64,000 nucleotides of DNA, from the NCBI RefSeq assembly GCF_021869535.1, contig NW_026262679.1, positions 28,272,001 to 28,336,000 of the forward strand. The letters run 5' to 3'. A program made the position numbers and the translations under genes. The notes below the pieces were generated by a model that worked only from the letters and a program-made list of their open reading frames with translations, was not told the DNA's origin and did not search any database. This document shows, one piece after another, positions 37,801-46,381 of this stretch. Each line of letters opens with the position of its first letter. Position 1 is the stretch's first letter. Origin of the DNA: Mytilus californianus (lineage: Eukaryota).

Positions 37801-40800
37801 AGGTAAAATTCTTCATTCTCGAGGGCAATATTATAACTCCTATAAGAATTCGTCTGACAGTTTTGATGTATTTAGACAATAGGTAGATATTATCATTTTG
37901 AACATTTCTGCCACTGTCAAGTTTCTCCATCTAAATCAGTTTTCAAAATAATAGACAAATTTTGCATTTTACCCCCAATGTTCCATTTTTAGCCATGTCG
38001 ACCACCTTGGTTGGCAAGCAGGGTCATCGGGCACATTTTTAAACTAGATATCCTAATAATGATTGTTGCTAAGTAGTTTCGGCGACGATTTTTGTATAGT
38101 TAACCACGACAGACGGACGACGGACACCAATTGATGAGAAAAGCTAACTTGGCTCTTTGGCTTTGGGCCGAGTGAGCTAAAAAAAAAGAAGCCTATTTTG
38201 CCAAAAATTCATACAAATATAGCTGATGATTTCTTTTTCATGACGTCTCAGTCAAATTATGCCATCGAGGAAGCTTAAGATGATTATCAAGCTATAAAAC
38301 CAGGTTTATTCCACCTTTTCTACATAAGTAAATGCCTGTACCAAGTCAGGAATATGACAGCTGTTTTCCATTCGTTTGATATGTTTGAGCATTTGAATTT
38401 GCCATTTGATAAGGGACTTTCTGTTTTGATTTTTCCGTGGAGTTCGGTATTTTTGTTATTTTACTTTTGGCTAGTAATCTTATTTTCTGAAAGCCTTTCT
38501 TCTGAAAACAAGAAAATTTGGAGGTAAACTAAGGTGCTCTGGAAGGGGAAGCAGTTTCCATTCAATTTAGGTTATTTACCAAGCCAATGTTCTTTCTCTA
38601 GAGTCCCAAATCCTGCTTTATATTCAGTCCATCCTCTGTAAAAGTTTACATCACCATTAATTCTTCGCTGAAAGACCTAAATAAAAGAATATAGTATGTA
38701 TCATACATATGTATATATAAATTATTGTCCAAATATAAATGCAAAATGCAACCTTTGTGGCCAGTGCACTTTAGAGTAAAGTTGGTAACATCTATATAGG
38801 AGTGGGGAATGATAGAAAACACATGTCAGTGTTGAAAGGTCGAGAGTAGCGATCGTGGGAATTTAAAAAGTAATCTTTATGCTAGGGCAGTTATAAGATA
38901 TATAAGAAGATGTAGTTAGAGTGCCAATGAGACAACTCTCCATCCAAGTCACAATTTGTAAAATTAAACCATTATAGGTCAAAGTATGACCTTCAACACG
39001 GAGCCTGGCTCTCATTGTTCAGATATGAAACTGTAAACACATATTCATATTATCTTAAAGATTTAGTTATACTGAAAAGGAGTTAAAGATGTAACCTTTA
39101 CAACAGACTCAATTATTCTTTGGTCATTTATAAAGTGATACCAATAGTATATCTTGGCAAACATCGTCGTCCATAAACCAACAATGTAAGAGTGAAACTT
39201 GGTATACGTCTTTAGTCAGCTAGTTTCCCTGATACACATTGTTTCTATGTAACATCTCGGATTACAAGCGTATCACCTTGTTTATTTTTTTAGCATGTTT
39301 CAACTGTTGATCTATCTAATAAAACTGATGAAATTTCCTTAAAGTTAACAGGCGCTTTTTAAACAATACAATTTGTATTACCTTAACCCCCTTTCATCTT
39401 GAGCAAGATCTCGGCAGAGAAACGTTATATATTTAAATGCAAATATACCAATTTTAGTGTGCCCAACACATGTTTCATAAACATCCATTATCAGGTACGC
39501 TTGAAATTAAAAGTTTCTGAAAACAGTGAATAAACTCATAAATACCAGGATTAAAATTGTGTACGCCAGACGCGCGTATCGTCTACAAAAGACTCATCAG
39601 TGACGCTTGAATAAAACAAAGTTAAGAAGGCCAAATAAAGTACGAAGTTAAAGAGCATTGAGGACCCAATATTCCAAAAAGGTTTTGCCAAATACAGCTA
39701 AGGTAATATATTCCTTGGGTAGTAAATCCTTAGTATTTTAAACATAATTAAGTTTTGTTGATTTATAATTATGATCATATCAATGATAACTCATGTAAAA
39801 TGTCACACATAAGTACTTACTACTGTGCTGGTGATATGATATAATTCCGTTGTAAGTGGAATATATTTTCTTACGCGTATCGTATGGATTAAACCTTAAA
39901 TGTAATGTTAGAAAGAATGCCAATTTGTTTCTGTGTCTCATTTTTGAAAAGCAACGGATAGAGTGAAATTGGGGTTTGGTTTCTGGACGATATCTTTTGA
40001 ATCGTAAGTCCAACATACACCAAACCTTGAAAATGCTCCTTATAAAGAATAAGCTCACTAATGATTTTGTGGTCTGCAGGTCAAAGTTAAAGTTCACATC
40101 GCTAATAGATAGACTGAATGTTTTTGGGGAAAATTTTGCTTCCATAAAGTTTATTTAGATCCATTTATCAAATTTATACCAATCTTTGGTGAATAGTACG
40201 CTTTGAAGAATAAAAGGTCCATAGCTATTGAATTTGGTGTCATTTTCTCAAATATCAAAGTTACAGCAGCAAGTAAACGGATGTCCACTTTATTTCGGAT
40301 ACATTCTAAACCATAGATCCAAACATTTCCAAACATAGTTTGATAATGCCTTATGCTAAATTTCGTTTTCCAATGATATCTTTCGAAACATATGTCTAAC
40401 CTTCACCAAATTTATCTTGAAAATGTCTCTTGAACAGAAAGCGACGCCTATAAGTTAAGCAATGCCTAAGGTTGAGGTAACAATGCCTTTGAATAAACTT
40501 ACACTTACTCTCTCCGGACAATTTTGGTGGATAATTTTCCTTTGGGGGAAGACCCCTTTTATCCTTGAAGTCACTGAGTCAAAGGTCAAGGTAACAACAC
40601 TAATTGATAAACTAAGATTTTGGCCAATATTTGTTTGTTTTGGGTAGTATTTGTGAGCAATTACTATCATTTGACGTTGATTGTCAGCTGACTTTACAAC
40701 CCTATTAACCAATACCATAAAGAAAAAAATAGTACCCAATGCAAAAAAAAACCCAAATTCCTTCAACTACAAAGCAATAAAGAATTAATTCGGCTAATCC

Positions 40801-41696
40801 TTTCATAGAGTTTTTGTATTTTTTCGTATAATTTATAAATATAAATGCATCATTCGATTTTTTTATATGTTCCTATAAAACATTGAATGTTTCAAGGTAT
40901 CATGCAAACGTACTGTCCATCCTCCGTCCACATTTTCTGTTTCCATATCACAGAAGACATTGATGGCATATCCTTGCTGATATATTTTGTACACACCACT
41001 TCCTCTCTTGATATCAATGTCGCCGCAGTCTATAGGAAGTCTGATATTAGATCCATCTATAATAAAATAAAATAGAATTTATTTGCTTAATATTTATGTA
41101 TTTTCTTGTTCTTTCTATGATATCGTTAATTCACAGAGGTGTTGAATTCCATTCAATATACACCATCACGAGATCAATATTTCGTTCAACTAAATTTTAT
41201 CTTAAAAAAAAAATAACTATACATAAATTAAGGCAACAGTAGATTATAGATCTGTCGGGCTTTAAAGGACATTGGCCGCATTTAAAGAGTTCATTACCGT
41301 ATAAAATAAAGTATAATAATCGCATCAGACAAGACTCTTGTTAATCATGTTAATACAAATGCGCGGATATACATAGCACACAAATACAAAACGACATACA
41401 TTAAGTTTGTCATCTTTTTTATATTTTTATTTAACAAATTAGTATGCACAAAAAGAAGTGAAAAAAGCCTTGTGATCTATTAATAAAAATAGTTTCAGAA
41501 TTCCATAAAGAGATAACTGGTTATTCCATGATAATATGCAATGTGCAAACGCCAAAATTTATATATCAAAACAAAATGGTAAACGACGCATCTTACTGTG
41601 GTAAGGGTACTTACAGTTGTTTGAAATACTTGCAGAATTTACTTTTCCGATAGCAATTAAAACAAGAGGTGCCGCAATGATTAAAACGGATGTCAT
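31624..41696 (-). CDS. FReD copy D: complete secreted fibrinogen-related (ficolin-like) lectin, 245 aa, 5 exons
   Basis: Join 41696-41615, 41056-40914, 38676-38580, 33596-33432, 31874-31624. All GT-AG and in frame. Hydrophobic leader [28 protein letters not shown] at 31579-31574. Confidence 0.92.
32146..32420 (-). mobile_element. Retrozyme-like monomer (beta) with the hammerhead core deleted, in FReD D intron 4
   Basis: 13-bp direct repeat TAACATTAACGGT at 32146 and 32402. Only the stem I/III remnant gcaccagatgcaca is left. Confidence 0.75.
32550..32990 (+). repeat. Copy of the abundant ~450-bp interspersed repeat
   Basis: Matches 372-845; absent at the paralogous site ~6650. Confidence 0.8.
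33432..33596 (-). CDS. FReD D exon 4
   Basis: catAG|GA AAC GAC; [55 protein letters not shown]|GTGAGT. Confidence 0.93.
34300..34830 (-). mobile_element. Truncated Helentron-type element
   Basis: Shares gatcttgtatt.ctgat and aaagggcaataactcc core motifs with 36821-38185. Confidence 0.6.
35285..35580 (-). mobile_element. SINE-like fragment
   Basis: ttggttgcttaacatccagtggcaaa is the reverse complement of the end motif at 13070-13095, which carries a (CAAT)n tail. Body is GC-richer. No head identified. Confidence 0.45.
36290..36487. mobile_element. MITE (related copy at ~57270-57445)
   Basis: Inverted ends ..ggataccaattttcatg / ccacgaaaattggtacccacgaaaatgaatgaatccacagta. Confidence 0.65.
36821..38185 (-). 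mobile_element. Helentron-type non-autonomous element with ~160-bp internal repeats, in FReD D intron 3
   Basis: Begins aacaagaggctctaaagaacctgtgtcgctc; repeats aagggcaataactcc; ends gacagacggacgacggac...agctaacttgg...gagtgagctaaaaa. Confidence 0.8.
38580..38676 (-). CDS. FReD D exon 3
   Basis: tttAG|[33 protein letters not shown]|GTAAAT. Confidence 0.93.
39526..39836 (-). mobile_element. Retrozyme-like monomer (subfamily alpha), truncated, in FReD D intron 2; hammerhead at 39563..39606
   Basis: GCGUCA CUGAUGA GUCU-UUUGU-AGAC GAUA C-GCGC-G UC UGGCGU. GAAA is mutated to GAUA. Body matches 44946-45319. Confidence 0.82.
40914..41056 (-). CDS. FReD D exon 2
   Basis: attatAG|AT; [47 protein letters not shown]|GTACGT. 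Confidence 0.92.
41615..41696 (-). CDS. FReD D exon 1 (signal peptide)
   Basis: caaaATG; [28 protein letters not shown]|GTAAGT; phase 1 matches exon 2. Confidence 0.85.
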
Positions 41697-43239
41697 TTTG
41701 ACACTTCAAAGTGAAACCTCCACAATCGACGATCTGGAGAGATCTGCGTAGTAAAACATTATATTTTTTGAATGATTCATAAATAAAGGAACTTTTGATT
41801 TCCTCTTCCTGTTGTTAAAAAATATTAATATTGATGTAAATAAATGTTTCTCGCATTTTATTTTATGACACGGCAAAAATTGATATCAAGGCCGTTTTCG
41901 CTTCTGGTATTTTTTAACACAACTTATATATTCTATCGTTGAAAATAATAAAAAGAAGATTAGCAACTGTTCTATTTTTGTCCAACCGAATCGTGAATTA
42001 TTTCGGATTCAGAGGTATGTATATAATTGTGTCCGATGCAAAATAATTTTTTTTTATGGAGGCCTTCGATTCATAGTTTTACCCCAAAACATGTAAAATT
42101 TGCAATAATATATTAAAAAGTAACCTTCAATCGCAATGTATTGCACCGGAATAACATTTTACATTATACATACATGTAAACGTGACGAGAAATCTTATAT
42201 GCAAAATATCTAAAAACTTGAGTATTTTATATATATTCTTCTAAGTTTCAACATTAAAATTGAAAATCCTCAGCTTAAAGGAAAGATTAACTTGGTATGA
42301 TTTTGATTGTTCTATATTTTCCGTGGTGGTGTATAGCATCTAATGTTATTTGATATCAATGCACTGCTTATAAAAATTGTGTACGTAGTTTGTATAGACC
42401 TAGGCGTAGTGATATCTACAATTTAGAATTATTTAACACCACTGGTCGGCGAAATATGAGTCACTGTCATCGAAAATATACATTCCCTGCAGTTCACACC
42501 GTGTCTATGGATGGATTGTTATAAAAAGCGTTGGGATAACTATATTAAACTGTTTCCCATACCATTATCACATAATACTCTATTTCAAGAGGCCCAAAAC
42601 ACTTTCGTTTTTGATTTAATTCTGCTAAGTACAAATATATGATGGAAAACGTAGTTTTTTTAATACAATTCGCTAATAAGGGTTTGGTTGCTATCAATTT
42701 TATAAGTAATATTTCCACCAAATCTATGTACAGTCAACAATACCTGATTACTTTATAGATAAAATTTACAGCTGTCATTTCAGATACCTGCATCAAACTT
42801 ATTACATCCAAGATTTTCAACCACAAGAGTAAATGATAGACTTTCAATTGATATTTTATAGTGTGTCTTTCTATGTTGTGATATTACACTATTGTTTCAG
42901 ATAAGGGTGAAGGTTTGGTACCATTAAAACGTTTAAACCCGCTGCAATTGTTTGCACCTGTCCTAAGTCAGGAATCTGATGTTCAGTAGTTGTCGTTTGT
43001 TGATGTGGTTCATAAGTGTTTCTCGTTTCTCATTTTTTTTTTATAGATTAGACCGTTGGTTTTCCGGTTTGAATGGTTTTACACTAGTAATTTTTGGGGC
43101 CCTTTATAGCTTTCTGATCGGTGTGAGCCAAGGCTCCGTGTTGAAGACCGTACTTTGACCTATAATGGTTTACTTTGATAAATTTTGACTTGGATGGAGA
43201 GTTGTCTCATTGGCACTCATACCACATCTTCTTATATCT

Positions 43240-44945
43240 CTTTACCCTCAAAGATGTAAAATACAAACCTCCCTATTGCTCTTGTTAGATGGTATTTAGC
43301 CAAAGGCCACAAATATCGAATTCTCCAGCCGATCACCGAGGAGAAGAATTAAGATTACTGATGGATGCAGTTAAGGACTTTGCAAGAATTTTAGAAAATG
43401 GGTAAATCGCGAACCAGTTGAACCAAAACTGGATACTTTGTCTGAATGGATCAAAGTTTTTTGGTCATACATTCAGACGTGCATTCAAATTCTACGATGC
43501 ACAATGAGCGCACGGGGTTTAAGCCCAAGGTGGTCGATGTGTTATCCTTTCTTCGCGACAAAAATACTTTTGTTACAGCAGACAAAGCATCAAACAAGAT
43601 TGTTGTCAAATGCAAAAATCTTTTTTTTTTAATGTCTAGATTAAAACAAAAAAAATTGGGAATCCCATATATTCTCCTACATAATTCACGGAGGAGGAGA
43701 TTTTAGAAAACCATAATTTTTTCTTTCTCTCCTTCGGTATTAACTTTAAAAAGGACAATGAACTTCACAAAAATCTTTATAAAGAAAGAAATATAGCCAG
43801 GTCGTCAAGACGGTCGACTAAACACCTTTCAAAAGTTCATACCACCGTTCTTCTCAATAAAAAGTGCCCTCTGGTATTTTGTGGTGAGGTATTTTAATCC
43901 AGCTGTGTGAATTCTTAAATACTAGTACTAGTAGTCTTAAAATCTACACCAAAATCTTCAATCACAATCTTTACAATTTTGAAGTAATATCGAAACCTTT
44001 AACCTCTCTACGCTAAACACTACTATTCCCATGCTCAATTGAGAAATTGACTAAATCGTTTCATTTAACTGACACTTTACTGCTAAACCGGAAATCGTAG
44101 ATACCAATTTTAGGTCATGACAAATTTTAACTTGTGAAGAACCACACTGAGTCCATGAACAAATACACCAAAGATAATATCACCACAATGCAGACCTTTT
44201 TATCGACAAAATGTTTGTTGAGTTTGATTGATTGATATTTCAACAGACAGTCGGAATTCCAATGGGTAAGAATTTTGCATCCCTGCTAATTTCACTTCTA
44301 TCAGATAAATTTATGATGTACTGTCACTCAAATAACCCATATTTTAATGAATGCTTGAATCTTATATATCCTAGTGAACTTGATATCTATGATACTACCA
44401 CAACTAGGAGGTTTGCTTCATATCTTCAACTTTTCCTCAATATTGACACATTTGGACGACTTCAAACTAGAATCTATGACAAACGTGATGATTTCAACTT
44501 TCCATTTTTCAAATTTCCAATTCACGTCAGTTACATACCCTCTGTCCCATCGTATGGCGCATATCTCAGTTATTATGTTACGCTCGAGCATGTTCATATT
44601 ACACAAAAACTGATACAAACGAGTTTTAAGGAAGAACAACTGAAATCGACAGTATACAGACTTACGGTCATCATCACAAATTCTTAGCCGATACGATGTT
44701 TCTGTGTCTATCCTCACCAGCGCCATGGCTTTGCAGTCTTAGATCTTTAGATAGAATAGTCGTCTGATCTGTAATTCTATCCCAACTTTGACATTTTGAC
44801 TGATTGTTGATTCGCATTGAGGATGATGCATGCTTACCCTGCCAACGCATCTGGTCTCGCTCTTTTTGGAGTTCATGATTCTTTCCGTTTTTGTTTGTAA
44901 TCTTGATTTGTTTCTTTTTAATCGATTGATGAGATCAGAATATCG
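43240..44945 (+). mobile_element. Long, heavily degenerate Penelope-like (Naiad-type) RT copy plus 3' UTR
   Basis: Remnants LAKGHKYR, LDTLSEWIK, FVTADKASNKIV, IETFNLSTLNTTIPH, IFQQTVGIPMG, LQTRIYDKRDDFNF, with many frameshifts. Confidence 0.85.
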
Positions 44946-45319
44946 GTAAATAAACTCATCATAGATACCAGGATTGAAATTTTGTACGCCAGGCGCTCGT
45001 TTCGTCTACAAAAGACTCATCAGTGACGCTCAAATAAAAAAAAGTTAAAAGGCCAAGTAAAGTACGAAGTTGAAGAGTATTGAGGACCCAAAATTCCTAA
45101 AAGTTTTGACAAATACAGCTAAAGTAATCTATTTCTGAGGTAGAAAAGCCTTAGTATTTCTAAAATTCAAAGTTTTGTAACCGGTTGACTTACAATTATG
45201 ACCATATCAATGATGGTTCATGTCAACACAGAAATGCTGACTACTGAGCTGGTGATACCCTCGGGGAATAAAAACTCCACCAGCAGTGACATCGACTCAG
45301 TGGTTGTAAATAAACTCAT
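44946..45319 (-). mobile_element. Full 360-nt retrozyme-like monomer (alpha) with terminal direct repeats; hammerhead at 44986..45029
   Basis: GTAAATAAACTCAT at 44946 and 45306. Hammerhead GCGUCA CUGAUGA GUCU-UUUGU-AGAC GAAA C-GAGC-G CC UGGCGU, with the cleavage triplet mutated to GCC. Confidence 0.85.
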
Positions 45320-46214
45320 AATTACTAAATTTATTTTTTCTGATTTAAAAATAAAATGAGATTATTTAAAAAAATATCTTTAAACAGACGTTTAATGTGA
45401 AAGACTGATTAAAACAAATTGCTGAAGAACGACCTTTTAATTGTGACCAAGATAATCAGATCACTGTAAATACCTTGTACTAAGTCTGATATGTACACTC
45501 ATTAATAAAAGCAGATGTGGGGTTTGAAACTACTGATCAAAACCCTTAACCAGCAAACAATTGTGTATCATTTTTGTTAACACATTTTCTACAAATATAA
45601 ATGTATCGAAGAATCCAGGTATTTTCTACAGTTTTATTTTGCCAATCATGTCTTCAGTGTTTCTTGTTGACTTAATTTTACAACTGTCCATTTCGGGTTT
45701 ATATGCATAACCAACAACACACCATCTCCACATATCAAATTTGTTAATGCGATTTGAATCTAAACTGGGGTCAACTTTCAATGGTTTGTGTGTGTGTTTC
45801 GGGGGGCTGCAGAGCAAACTGAAGCCTTCCCATCACGCACCATCGTTTCGAGTCGTTTTGTAGTCATAAAATACAATAAACCGTTTCTGTGTGTGTTACA
45901 TTTTAATGTTGTGTTTTTGTGGTGTCGTTGTTCTCCTCTTATATTTGATGCGTTTCCCTCAGTTTTAGTTTGTAACCCGGATTTGTTTTTATCTCTATCG
46001 ATTTATGAGTTTCGAACAGCGGTATACTACTGTTGCCTTTATTTGTTAAAATGTTTGTACTTTTGATAAAATCCAAAACTAATATCAATCTTAACAAAAT
46101 AATTTCGACACTTTGGTGTTTATGTTTAACAAGATTTATTCAAGTTCAAATAGTAATAGTAGTAACAGTTCAAAATATAACACTGTCATATATGAGGATT
46201 TGATGCAATTGATT

Positions 46215-46381
46215 TCAATCTGTAATGATGTAGGTGGACCAAGGACCACAATGAACATCCTTTATCGTAGACCCTGATCTGATGTATGAAGATACAGTTT
46301 CAAAATAGTCTCTTGTGATTATGTCATCATGGCATAACTGTCCATAATCATTCCATCCACTTGTCAACAAGATACCATTCT
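46215..46381 (-). CDS. RCCD1: RCCD1 exon 6
   Basis: ttgcAG|AG; NGILLTSGWNDYGQLCHDD...VHCGPWSTYIITD*. Confidence 0.92.

Noticed and set aside
44232-44687. Functional reverse transcriptase gene
   Set aside because: Multiple frameshifts and a deletion around the catalytic DD motif; it is a fossil.
45243-45301. HDV-like or twister ribozyme
   Set aside because: No P1.1, P4 or J4/2 catalytic C, L3 is too short, and there is no twister UAA loop. Kept only as an unclassified structure.
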